Assembly: GCA_000934665.2 (NCBI GenBank)
Contig: JYFJ02002554.1
Coordinates: 1-54,912, forward strand
Length of the DNA: 54,912 nt
Source of the DNA: Catajapyx aquilonaris
Lineage: Eukaryota
Reading direction: 5' to 3'
Part shown: positions 25,219 to 37,600 of the stretch, one piece after another
Position numbering within the stretch: the stretch's first letter is position 1
Layout of the letters: every line of letters starts with the position of its first letter
Program-made: the position numbers and the translations under genes
The notes under the pieces: generated by a model
Told to the model about the DNA's origin: nothing
The model's input: only the letters and a program-made list of their open reading frames with translations
Databases searched by the model: none

Positions 25219-25751
25219 TACCTACCTAAAGTCTTTGAGAGAAAAATTGCTGTAGACTGGAAGCTGGAGGAGTGGCACCAATGTTTTATTTATTACAATT
25301 GTTGTATAAAATAATGAAATGTAGTACCATAGTTACCTCCACATGACTATGAATGATTCACCATTATTTGTCAGTGCTGGAATTGCATGTGCCAATAGAA
25401 AAAATTGGTCATGTTTTAAGGTGGACCCCATGGGGGCTCTAAAGTATCAAAATATTGCAAATCAGGAAAGTTTTCCCAACTTCTCAGACAAGTTAGAAAA
25501 TTTCTAAGAAAAAATTATTCCAGTCGTTTCCGGCAATTCCAGTTTCATTATAGAGATAATCAGTGGTTAATATATTTTTTTGTCTTAATCACAGTCTAAT
25601 TCGTAATGGTTATATTTGTCAAAAGTTATCTATATTCCAATTGCCATTGAAGAAACACCACTGGTATGATATATGTGTAGAACGAATTTTCCCTTTATGG
25701 AGTACTCATTTTGAATCCTCTTTTGCACAGGTTGCCAAACACTAGAAAACC

Positions 25752-27124
25752 ATGCCACTTTCGTGTCGCTTCTATGAGAATAAGTACCCAGAGATTGAGG
25801 ACACGGTAATGGTAAATGTGCGCAACATTGCAGAAATGGGTGCGTACGTACACCTCCTGGAATATAACAACATTGAGGGTATGATCCTGCTGTCAGAGCT
25901 CTCTCGGCGGCGGATTAGGTCAGTGAACAAATTAATCCGTGTTGGTCGCACGGAACCAGTTGTGGTGATCCGTGTGGACAAGGAGAAGGGATATATTGAC
26001 CTGTCCAAGCGAAGGGTATCACCAGAGGATGTGGAGAAATGCACAGAGCGATTCTCCAAAGCGAAAGCTGTCAACTCTATACTGAGGCATGTAGCGGAAT
26101 TACTTGAATATGAGACCAATGAGCAACTGGAGGAGCTGTATACCAAGACTGCATGGCACTTTGAGAGAAAATACAAGAAGAAGGCTTCTGCCTATGATGC
26201 TTTTAAGCAGGTGGGTTCGAGTTGGGCAGATTCTAAGGTTGAAATGAGATTTGGAGAAAAACTTGTACTGGTTTCAGAGGATCGGTAGATTTGCACATGG
26301 TAAAACTCTCAATATGTACTGTATAACTCAAAAATTAGACAAATTTGAATTTGGTTTTAATGCAAAATTGTCTCCCATCTTTTTGAGCATTTATAGTACT
26401 GCAGAACATGCCTATATATTAATTTCTACTCATTCTTGATGCACATATTCTGATTTGTAAGGCCATTCTTTGTGATGATTGTAATATGATCTGGTCATCT
26501 ATTTAATACGTCTTGTTGCTTTGTAGTTATTAATACTATTACTGTTGTTGTTATATTACTATTCAGGCTGTCTTGGACCCTTCAACACTAGATGAATGCA
26601 ACCTTGATGAAAACACGAAAGAAGTTCTCCTTGAGAACATCCAACGGAAGCTCACATCTCAAGCTGTGAAGATTCGTGCCGATGTCGAAGTAGCCTGCTA
26701 TGGTTATGAAGGGATCGATGCCGTCAAGTCTGCCCTTAAGGCTGGACTCCGCATGTCCACTGAAGATATGCCCATCAAGATCAACCTGATTGCTCCCCCA
26801 TTGTATGTTGTCACAACCTCAACACCTGAGCGCCAGGATGGGATAAAGCTTTTGGACCTGGCTATCAAAGATATCGAGGAGGCAATTACCAGCTCAGGAG
26901 GAGTTTTCAACATGCAAATGGCACCGAAAGTGGTGACTGCCATGGATGAAGCAGAGCTGGCTAAGCAGATGGAAAGAGCAGAGGCCGAGAATGCAGAAGT
27001 GGCTGGGGATGATGATGATGAGGAGCAACAGGCGTCAGGGGAGGGAGAAGAGGATGATGAGGAGGGGGAAGAGGGGGACGAGGAAGCAGGAGATGTAGTT
27101 GAGGTGAATGGAAAGGAGCAGTAG
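25752..27124 (+). CDS. EIF2S1: Eukaryotic translation initiation factor 2 subunit alpha, complete, 338 aa
   Basis: Exons 25752-26210 and 26567-27124 (phase-0 GT-AG intron). Motifs: [14 protein letters not shown]1 domain with the phospho-site [47 protein letters not shown], acidic tail. Confidence 0.98.
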
Positions 27125-27146
27125 AACTAGAAATTTTTGTACCAAT

Positions 27147-27497
27147 TTAAATCCCCAGCTACATTTCTACTGGAGATAAATGAATTTAAAATCATGGTAT
27201 GCCAAGAATATTTCAGTGTTGTTGTATTTTTGTTCCAAATGATGACTGCAGACTATACACATCCAGGTATGTTTTTATACTGGAGTTTATTAAATTCAAA
27301 TCATGGTATGCCAAGGATACTTCAATGTTATTGTATTCTTGTGCCAAGTGATAACACAGGCTCTATACCCCCAGTGTTAAATCCCCACATGTGTTTTTCT
27401 ACTGGAGATCAATAAATTCAAAATCATGGTATGCCAAGGATACTTCAGTGTTATTGTATTCTTGTTCCAAGTGATGACAATGCAGGCTAAACACATT
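27147..27497 (+). repeat. Three tandem units of about 115 bp after the eIF2-alpha stop, each with a poly(A)-signal-like hexamer
   Basis: Units share tactggag..aaatcatggtatgccaag.ata.ttca.tgtt.ttgtatt.ttgt.ccaa.tgat. Hexamers: GATAAA/AATGAA at 27175-27184, ATTAAA at 27289-27294, AATAAA at 27411-27416. Confidence 0.85.
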
Positions 27498-28129
27498 CTT
27501 CAGAAAGGTATGACCCACCTAAAATCAGGTGAGCGAAACATAATTTAAGCATTGATAATAATTGATGGGTGGAGAGCATAACAGTTTTTGTCCCCAAATA
27601 TTGATTTTGGCCTTATATTGGGACACTCACAATGTCAGGGCACTGGACTAACTTGATGGCAACATCGTGATGTCGTCAACTCTGACACCCCAAGTCAAAA
27701 TGCTGTAACTCTGCCTTTTGACATTTTGAGATGTTGCATTTGAAGTTCATATGCTTGTCTTATTGTATGCAAGTGCATGATTTCAATGTGTCCATAACTC
27801 GGCAAGGGTTGCTCCTACAGATATGAGCTTTGTTCTGTATACCAACATGTGTGACTTGCAAAGGGGAGTGCAATGGTGCATTCATCCCCACTTACATGGT
27901 TTTTGCTTGGGGCATCAGAACTGTCAAACACTACTTTGTTGGGTGGGCTTTATGAAATTACTAGGAGTGTTCAAATATGAACTGGAATTTTCTAATTACA
28001 AAAGTAAAAAGATAAACTCAACTATGTTGGTCATATCATCATTGATCCCAGTCCCTCTCCTTTGCAATGGACCAGCTCCATCGTTTTGGTAGCTTCTGTA
28101 ATTCACGTTAAAAAATGTAATTAGGCTGA

Positions 28130-28842
28130 AGACGCACCCCCCTCTGGAACAATTTCGCTGGCCTACTCATTACTTGAGAATTTTTTCTCCCCCCAAAAAA
28201 GGGTTCAGAGGTCCAAAGAGATGCAAATCCCATGGGGGTAGGGGAGAACAACCCATTTCAACTTTTGGATCGTCACCATCCTGCACAGGATCCATCCGAC
28301 CGCAGCGACATGCGGACGTGCATTATCTTGCAGGGGGCGGATGGTACTCTGGTTTCTTTCCCCCCCATATTTCAGTTCATCTCTGATGATGGTGTCCACA
28401 CTGCCAATGCTGATGTTGAAAATGGATCATTCATTGTAATCCGTCAATCGTCACAAAATGAGCTCAACAACACGAGCAGCATTCTCTGCCGTTGTCGATG
28501 TTCTTGATGTGCTCCATTCTCGCCCTACTTTGAAGTCCTTACTCCAAGTGTAAATTCTTCTGTCTGACAAAATGTCTTCCCCATACTGTGCCTTATGGCT
28601 GGTGCATTTCAGATGTGTCAGTCCTTCCCTGGCCAGAAATCTAATGATAATGTGTTGTTCCGTGCGTGGATGAACCTCTGCTTCTGTTATTGCTCCTACT
28701 TCTACAGAACTTCACGTTCATGGGTCCAAGACGGGTCAAAGGTCATACGCATTCCGGAGCATCCCTGATGGGTACAGCTTCCGCTCATGCGTAGTTGTTT
28801 GTGCGTGCTATTTAAATTCCGGTTCATATCTGAATGCTTCTA
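28130..28842 (-). mobile_element. Decayed mariner transposon
   Basis: Minus-strand fragments EQHIIIRFLAREG, QYGEDILSDRRIYTWSKDFKVGR (mariner N-terminal HTH) and LQDNARPHVA..IQKLKWVVLPYPH (catalytic region). Frameshifted and deleted. Confidence 0.85.
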
Positions 28843-28946
28843 GCAATTGCTAATAAACAAAGTGACTCTTTGAATATGGGATGGGAAGTGTTTGAGGCCA
28901 AGTATCAGTCTACCTGAGGACTTGTCTTGAATGCTTTCGTTATTAA

Positions 28947-29754
28947 CCCCTTCACTAACAGATAGGCCCGAACCACGTAGATTTCGGCTTACACCTACTC
29001 CGAAGATACAGACAATATATTTTACCAATAATAACAGCTGTACTTACCAGATCTGGGAAAACACTATGAATGTGTCAAGAACAATTTTACGTCTTCGGAA
29101 CAATTTTACTCGTCTAGAAGTCCCTAAATTAATTTCCAAAAAAGGGCTATAAAAACTCTGAATTAGAGTACTGCTGACCAACTGTTAGGCTGAATTAATT
29201 TCGAAATGTGTGAAAATACATGGAATAACAACATTGAGAACCATGCCAGACGAATTTGCTGAAATCGTTGTACTTTATGAGAAATAAATTAATACTTATT
29301 TGCGGCTTCCTGGCACTTAGGAAAACTCCCAAATGAGTATGAGATAAATTTTCTGAAATCGTCATACTTCATGAGAAGCAAATAAATTTGGGAGTTTTCC
29401 AAACAGCCAGAAAGCAGCATATAAGTATTAATTAATTTCTTGCAAAGTACGACAATTTCAGCAAATTTGTCTGGCATGGTTCTCAAGGTTGTTATTTCAT
29501 GTATTTTCACTCATTTCAAAATTAAATCAGATTAACAGTTGGTCGGCAGTACTCTAAGTTAGTGTTTTTATAGCCCTTTTTTGGAAATTAATTTAGGGAC
29601 TTCTAGATGAGTAAAATTGTTCCAGACACATCCGTAGTGTTTTCACAGATCTGTTAAGTATGGCCGTTATTATTGGTAAAATATCTTGTCCGTATCTTTG
29701 GAGTAGCCGTAAGCCGAAATGTACGTGGTTCGGGCCTATCTGGTAGCGAAAGGG
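28947..29754. mobile_element. 808-bp fold-back element, piggyBac-like
   Basis: TTAA|CCC...GGG|TTAA ends. The inverted arms run for more than 350 bp (e.g. agataggcccgaaccacgta.atttcggctta and its reverse complement). Confidence 0.9.
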
Positions 29755-29964
29755 TTAATAGGACAGAATGATCTCAAGTCCATGGCTGCACCTGTTTGTG
29801 AAGCAACTTCAGTGCTTAAGATTGTGAAAATTTGAAAATTTGTTTGATACTGACTTCATAATTGTTAGTTTCCACCTATGCATTGGGGTAACTTTCAGCC
29901 ATTTTTATTACTGTATGTTGCAAAATTCCTAACTCGTAACATCTAATCAGAAAATTTTCATTTC

Positions 29965-30491
29965 TTAAGTCTATGCAAAAGTTCATATTATGGTTGCTTG
30001 GAAGAATATAAAATCCGGAAAACTTGTTTTCAAAACCTATTTATCAAAGCATTTACCATAACTTTCAATAATCCTTTGCTAATGCAGATGAATGCCCCGG
30101 TGATAAAAGTTTCTGGGCTTTGACTCTGTCAACCACCCATTTCTTAACATCGATTGGACTGGTGAAGTGTTTGCCAGACAAGTCATGTTGCAAAGACCGG
30201 AAAAGGTGGTAATCTGAAGGGACAATGTCTGGCGAGTATGCTGGGTGTGGTAGCACCTCCCATTCATCAACGTCTTTTTTGTCGCCCTGGTTCAAAAAAA
30301 GTCATGTTGGGGTTCATCTCGAAATGAGGGCAAAACAGCAACTGATGGAGCAAAATTTTAAAACTCATCCTGATGGACATGTTGCACGTGTTTGTTGAGT
30401 CTCACTCCTCCAACAAAACGCATGCTTGTGTCAAATTTCTAAAGTTATTGACCACGCAAGGTCAACTGCGCGAACTTTTGCATAGACCTAA
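29965..30491 (-). mobile_element. Internally deleted mariner element
   Basis: TIRs tta.gtctatgcaaaagttc / gaacttttgcatagacctaa. Peptide [33 protein letters not shown] contains the mariner YSPDL-type motif. Confidence 0.92.
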
Positions 30492-30647
30492 TATTTGAGA
30501 TTCATTCCCCATAAATAAGATCACTTATATTGCACTAATCTCATTACCATATTTTAAAAAAATCGAATATGCTCTCCCTATGTCTCCCCATGGAGTGGCC
30601 TGCCTAACTGTAAGTGAAATGCTGTTTTCCAAGTATACGTACATATG

Positions 30648-30941
30648 CAGGGAGGCATGGTGGCCGAGTTGGTAACGACTCGGCTTGCTGAGTGGAAGGT
30701 CCCGGGTTCGAACCCCGCCCGGGAGCTCCATTTTACCTGTGTCAGGAGGGTCTCTGACCCGTGCCTTGGAGGCGTCTGCCAACCTAACCTCCAGGGAGAC
30801 TGCACATAACCCCGAAAAATCCCCATCCCTACCTCATGTCCTTTCTTCCCTGCATGGAGTGCGAAAAAAATATACATAAAATTGATTGAAAAATGGTGGT
30901 GGTGAAAAAAAGAGCGCTGTCCTCTCTCAATGAGGTTTTAA
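30648..30941 (+). mobile_element. tRNA-derived SINE, family B
   Basis: A box tggccgagttggt, B box gggttcgaaccc. 17-bp TSD aagtatacgtacatRtg at 30631-30647 and 30942-30958. Homologous to 38386-38727. Confidence 0.9.
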
Positions 30942-31143
30942 AAGTATACGTACATGTGACTAAGACAGGGAAGGGATGATGGTATATTGGTTAATGCCAC
31001 AGCTTTTCTCTCTCAGGTCCCACATTATTTTGTTCTCTGGATTGGACAGGAATTTTTCAGATGGAAGGAGTTGGGTGGGTTCTCTCCATTTTTTGCTAGG
31101 ATTTTCTCAGGGTTCTTCATGTCTCCCCCACACAAAAAATCCA

Positions 31144-31206
<63 letters not shown>

Positions 31207-31529
31207 GGGGAGGTAGAGTGGTGCTGTGGTAACGTATGCACCCACGGATAGAAGGGTCCCGGGTTCGATCCCAAGCCTGGGCACTCCCCTCTTCATCTCG
31301 TGCAGAGTTGGGTCGTCTCTGGCTTCATCTCGGGTGGAATCTCGGCTAGACTAATCCGCCCGGGAGTTCACAAAATGACCAGGTACTGACATTGCACTTG
31401 TACCTTGCACATCCCCTCCCACTCATCCCTGCCCGCAGACCCAGCGCTTCGTAAAATATTCCAAAAATGTACAGCTTACACAAGGATCCATGCTACATAC
31501 CTCGCAATGAGGTCAAGTACTACCCAGAT
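31207..31529 (+). mobile_element. tRNA-derived SINE, family A, between two (ATT)n microsatellites (31145-31206 and 31528-31623)
   Basis: A box tggtgctgtggt, B box gggttcgatccc; body matches the copy at 7512. Confidence 0.88.
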
Positions 31530-31555
31530 TATTATTATTATCACAACCACCATCA

Positions 31556-31623
<68 letters not shown>

Positions 31624-31653
31624 GTAGAGTGCCCTAATTTCAAACACCGTGCT

Positions 31654-32239
31654 ATCTGACAAGGGAAGGTCACGGGGTGATAATGACGGATGTTGATGAA
31701 ATTTAACATGCTAATACAGGACAATATATGATACCCAAAAATGAAATATTTCGTGCGGAGGCCCATATTTGCAAAAGTTATGACGTCTTAAAGTTCCAAA
31801 AAAGCATTTTCATTGAGTTCATAATGGGATTACATTAGCGACCACATATAAGACCACATTGAAGTGTGTAATCAGTTTCTACACTTTGTCTCATCGGGAA
31901 AAAGTCCTACATAACGGCTCTGTATCTCTTACGGTTTAGGCCTTGATACCTGTCCACAGACGGACGGACGTACAGAGCCGTTCTGTAGGACTTTTTTCCG
32001 ATGAGAAAAAGTCTAGAAACTGATTATACACTTCAATGTCATTATATGTGGTCGCTAATGTAATCCCATTGTGTATGAATAAAATGTATTATTTTTGGAA
32101 CTTTAAGACGTCATAACTTTTGAAAATATGGGCCTCCGCACGAAATATTTCATTTTTGGGTATCATATATTGTCCTGTATTAGCATGTTAGTTTCATCAA
32201 GATCCGTCATTATCACCCCGTGACCTTCCCTTGTGAGAT
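31654..32239. mobile_element. Fold-back MITE of about 586 bp
   Basis: Near-identical inverted arms of about 255 bp (acaagggaaggtcacggggtgataatgacggat.. / ..atccgtcattatcaccccgtgaccttcccttgt). Superfamily not assigned. Confidence 0.88.
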
Positions 32240-32962
32240 GCAAAGTTGGCAACTTGCCGGTGACAGTGGGAAACTCACAAAGATGGAATTGGTGAGCCGG
32301 CAGTGCCGGAGCGAACATCCCTGCTTGTAGGATCTTGCACACCATTTTATTTTTATACACACGGTGGACTACAGCACATATATACTAGTATTGACAATCA
32401 GTCCCAGCAATTTATCTACGTCATTCAAGCACTCGTTTTAGCCTATAATGTTGCTTGTACGAAACTTGCCTTGTCAGGCTTCTTAGAAATCCATGTTGAC
32501 AGCCATTTTTAAAAAAAGAAAAAAAGAAAAAGGTGACATTTTGGTCATGTACCCAAGTTGGTAAACATCAAAAGACACATATTTAATGACATATGAAAAG
32601 AAACCCTCTATACACAAACTTTCCAACAGGAAATGGTCTGGTTTCCACACTAAAAGTTGTCTTGATTCTAATTTTGTCCATCGCAACGTCAACACAGCAA
32701 TTATTATTGTTGTTGGCATGGTAACAAAAATACAATACCATTCGTTGTTGCCATGATAATGTCTCAGGTTATGTTGTTGATTACATTGCCATGGAAACAG
32801 GTTGTGGTTGTGCGAAGAAAGAGTTCTGCTGCTAGCACAGTGAAACCTGTCCTTAAAGGGCTTAAAGGACACGACCCTGAGTATAATGAAAACCTGTCCA
32901 TTGTGGATTTTTTTCTGATAACGGGCATATGGATAGGACGGTGCTCCATTGTATAGTCAACA

Positions 32963-33449
32963 GCCATCCTAGAATGCACTTCTGGAACCTCCCGGCTTTT
33001 CCTATTTCCATGGAAATTCCCTCACCCAACAATAAGAGTACACGGATAGAGTTGCCCTTACTGGCGTGCAGGAGGCGAGAGGGTAGTAGTCGTGGGGGCA
33101 GCAGGCTGTGTCGCAAAGGCAAGGATAAAGGATAAAGGATAGGCCAATATCTGCTGAAGATAGGTCTGTATGGGTGAAGATAGGTCTTATCTGCAAGGAA
33201 GGAAGGTTAGGCTTGGTTAGGTTAGGTTGGTACAGCATACTCCTTCCAAAATAATAAAAAAATCAATCCTTGCATCATTGCCTTTGCAACACAGCCTAGC
33301 TGCCCCCAGCCACCACTCACCCTGCCGCCTCCCGCACGCCAGTAAGGCTTACTCTTTCCGAGTACACTATGTATTCCTATTGTTGCATGAGATCATCTCC
33401 AGGGAAATAGGAAAAGTAGAAGGTCGCAGATGTGCATTCTAGGATGTCC
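32963..33449. mobile_element. Diverged fold-back MITE with an (AGGTT)-like core, possibly Mutator-like
   Basis: Arms catcctagaatgcac..ccttactggcgtgc.ggaggcg / cgcctcccgcacgccagtaagg..gtgcattctaggatg. Core aggttaggcttggttaggttaggtt. Confidence 0.7.
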
Positions 33450-34667
33450 ATTGAATTTATTATAATAAATTTTAATTTAATTTGTCAATGTTAAATCAAT
33501 GCTTTAATTTAACATTGACAAATTTAGTAATGTTTCTAAAAAATTCCACTTCAAATGTAGGTAACAAAATTATGATTTTTTCTTTCTTTCTGAAAGTGGG
33601 AAAACAAGTGTTTTTCCATTTTTTGTTTTGTGCTTTTCCCTGAGAAATTTTTAAAAGCTTTCATTGCAGAGCCTTGTAGGTTCAATGTAATGAAATAAAA
33701 TTCCCTATGTTTCTGAGTTCATCCATTTCCTAACAAGAGAAGAATTTGGGCAATCTATACCTTACCGGCCAAATTGCTGACTCCTAAAAACACTTCATGA
33801 TATTCCATGCCACCATTGGCTGTGGCCGTGATATGCATCAGATTTGCCCTGCAACACCCACATTTAGAGTGATCTACATTAATTCCTAGTAAGCACAGAT
33901 CGACTGCACGGATAGTATTCCCGTGTGCGAGCGCGATTTTTTTTTTTTTTTTTGAGCGCTCCAAAATGGTGATGCGCAAGTTGGGCTCCATTACTAACAG
34001 CATGGCCACTAACAGTCAAGTAGTCATCCCCAAGCTATAAATTCGAAGGCCAATCACTCAACGCTACCTCAATTAACTTATTTTGCATATTTTTAGTGCA
34101 TATATCACACATACACATTGGAAGTGCCCTATACGGCCTGAAACTTCAAAATGGTTTTCACCCCCCCAGTACGCCCAGTATGTATAGCAACCCCCCCCAA
34201 ACGGCACCTCCATTTCAGTCGCACGCGCGTCCTTATTCACTGTTCACTAAACATCAAGTGCGTGTACAGCACTAATCTACAGGTAATCCTACCTCGTTTT
34301 CATGCATTGATGGATAATATGGATGATAAAATACAGAGAGCAAGAACTGGACCTACCATGCGTGCTTCTTCAATGCTGGAGGGACTAGGGAGGTGCATTG
34401 ATGCTCACGTATTTAGGCGCCAACTGAGGCCACGTTCTGTTGGCTGTGCTACGATCGTATCGATTCAAAATAGTTGGATGTCGCAACTTTTTTTTTTTGG
34501 AATTCTTCAGAGTGACTCAGTCATTCTTGCATCAGTTGTGATTATGTGGGACTGTGTGCTTGTGTAACTGGAAATCTCGGTGCTACATACTCAGACATAT
34601 ACTCTATCATTAGAATTACAGGGTCCAGCTGCAAGGGTTGGGTTTCCAAGCACTTTGAGTTGGTGCA

Positions 34668-37600
34668 ATGGGCAAACAAGCAATGGCTGGTAGTAAAGGT
34701 GGTGGTGGAGGAGGAGAACATCGGAAGATCAGTGGTACCGGAGTGTATGATGACGGAACCATGACATTCTTTTGGTGAAGTATTTTTGTTACTCAGGGGG
34801 TCTTATGTTGTGGGGTTAGTTTTCCAGATTTGAGTGGAAATACCGGTTTTATATATTATACTAGCAGGTTACCCGGCGTTGCCCGGGTATGTTGGGGTGC
34901 TGGTAAAGGTAGAGGTGCATATACCGTACCGTATTTTAGGAAGGGTTTGTAAAAATTTCTCTTCCATACACTCGAAACTCGATATGTCTTAAAACAGGTC
35001 CTATAAGTTACAATAAGCCAAAGTTTGTCACTATCTGTGATAGATTACCTGCTTGTCTTGTAGCGTATAGTCGACACAGAGATTCTGATTGGATGTGTAA
35101 AAAGAGGAATGCGGATGGAGTTGGCCCAGAAAAAGACTGCACAGCCATGTGTTTTTTCCCCTGCATTTTTGACCCCGTGACCCCCCAACCCCACTTCACA
35201 CCCCCACCTCGTTCCATATGTTTGCTCAGAAGAACTTTAGAAATGTACCTACAGCTGCATGGTGGGAAATTTTGTTTTCAACACGGAGTAATATTTGTAA
35301 ATACTGTATTATTTTATTGTATTAATTTTTGTCTGGAAGTCTACTTTCAAATCCCACAAAATCCCGGAATGACCACATTTACGATACGAACTCACGTGAG
35401 GTGGCCAATTAGCGTAGTTGATGGATGCGTTGAATTTTTTATGAGTATGATGATGATGATGATGTGTATTTTGATAGGTATTGTTGCATAAGGGCATTTC
35501 CATGGAAATGCTTATTGATATATTGCTATTATTTTGTTGATGTAAGTTAATATTGTTGAGGCCAGAGTAGGGACAAGATTCGGGAATATGTGTGTTGTCG
35601 GAGTTAGGTTCTTTTTCGGAAGCTGAAACATGCGGCGTTAGATTTCTTGAAAAATGTAACCCCCGATATGCTGGTTTAAGGCGGTGTAGGGGCATTCCCC
35701 TGGATTTCTATAAGGGACAAACATCCAAACAAACTCACAAACTCACAAACTCACTTAAACTCATTTATAGATAAAGATATTTTAATACATACTGAGTGAT
35801 CATACAAATGAGTAAATTGACTTGAATGGGAAGGGCTGATGGTGATAGCTGGGTAATGGAATTTAAAGAGTTTGATTTAAGGTGAGTCAGGGCAAGTGCC
35901 GAATCGGGGTAAGTGCGACTTCAGAAAAAAATCATGCCACTGTATGGGAGCACTTTTCGCGACAGCCCCATATGATTGTCCTGACCTGGGTCAATGTAGG
36001 GCAAAAACATTTTCCCGCGTTACTGGCTTTGTGTGGCTATGATGGAGGCGGAACTCGCGACCCTCACATCTCACCTTCAGAAGAAGATCGACGAACTTCA
36101 GAAGATATCTTCTCTAGGTGCACTTCAACATGCTGGGTGTTCTATTTTTGCATAGTTATGAAGCATTTTCTATGACCTTTTCATTGATGTTGGGTAATTA
36201 ACGATAAGATAATTATGTCACCTTTAGTTGCCTATGTCGCAGTTGCCCCGTGACAATGTGACACTGGGGCAAGCGCGACCTAGGAAGACCGCAGAGGTGG
36301 AGCATTACTATTTGGACTGGATTTTTCAGGTTTAAATGTGTGCTAAACGTGTGAGTGCAGCATTCCTTTTACTGAAGAAGTGCTTATGAGACATACTAAC
36401 TTATTTTATTCACATGTCAACTCATACTATGTAACTTGGGGACTTTTTCTCCTCTTGGCATACTCAAGTATTATGCAGATTGAAGGGCCCTGCCCTCGCA
36501 AGGGGTAACGTAAAAAAATAAAAAAATAAAATAAAAGTATTATGCAGATTTTCATTGAAAGTTGCTTATTTGACACTGGGAAAAGGTATTTTGATTCGGA
36601 AAAGATCTCTAGAAAGGTATACTGCTACCCTAGTCGCCACTTACCTCATTTCCCTTACCCGATGCTCGCCTTCAAAGATAAGGCCAGTAGTCGCACTTAC
36701 CCTGCGTCGGGGCAAGTGCCAAATCCATGACACAGTTTCGGGAATAATTAATTTTCAGACAATTGCAAAACTGTACCCTATTGATACTGTATAATCACTA
36801 AAAGAGAATTAGTTACTCTACACGTGGTTGTAAGTTCATCTTTTCTAAAGCTTCCTGAGCGGCACAATCTCCACCCAAAATCAACCTATGTAAAACAGGG
36901 TTGCACTTGCCCTGACTCACCTTATTTACAATTTGAAAAATGTGGAATTAATCAGTTGTGTGAATCAGCTGCTGGAGAGCATGTTTAAAGATACAATGTA
37001 TGTACGAAATATGAGAGAACAATCTGACGTCATCACAGTTTCCATGGAAATATTATCACAAAGCAATATGAGTAAACAGTGTCAACAAAAAGCAACAATG
37101 GAAGAAACGATGACGTCAGATCATTCTCTCGTTTTTTGGACATTATCTGCATCTCTGAAATGCACTTTTTTGCATCTAAATACCTAAAATATAGGATTTT
37201 TTCTGGTCTGCGGAAATTCTGGCTACCCGTTTGGGTGGGTGGGGAGCTACCTTACGCGCATCACACACACAGCTATTCTGTAGTCATTTGGTACTTACTC
37301 TGTGGCAATGGGGTTACCATGGCAATGAGGTAGTAATTTTGTACTAATTCTGTAGCAATTCCATAGCCATTCTGTACTTTTTTTTGTTTACCCCTTGCTA
37401 CCCCTTACTGGGTCTTAAGGGGAATCTGAATACCATAATTATATGTACAGTGGAACCTAGTGCCTTAATGCCTTGGTCCACAGGCAGGGTGACTGGGAGG
37501 GGATGTGCAAAGTGCAAGTGCAATGTCTCAAACGGTACATTTTGTGAACTCCCCCTGGTGGATTAGTCTATCGGACATTCCACCCGAGATGAAGCCAGAG

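Noticed and set aside
27000..27124. Acidic C-terminal tail of eIF2-alpha
   Set aside because: This is a normal, length-variable feature of metazoan eIF2-alpha.
27239..27480. RTGATGA box-C-like motifs in the eIF2-alpha 3' repeats, suggesting a snoRNA cluster
   Set aside because: No matching CTGA box D or terminal stems, and the location is 3' UTR.
30976..31766. Poly-Tyr/Leu/Ile ORFs
   Set aside because: They are translations of (ATT)n microsatellites.
33205..33230. TTAGG-like repeats as an interstitial telomere
   Set aside because: Only a few degenerate units, lying in the core of a MITE.
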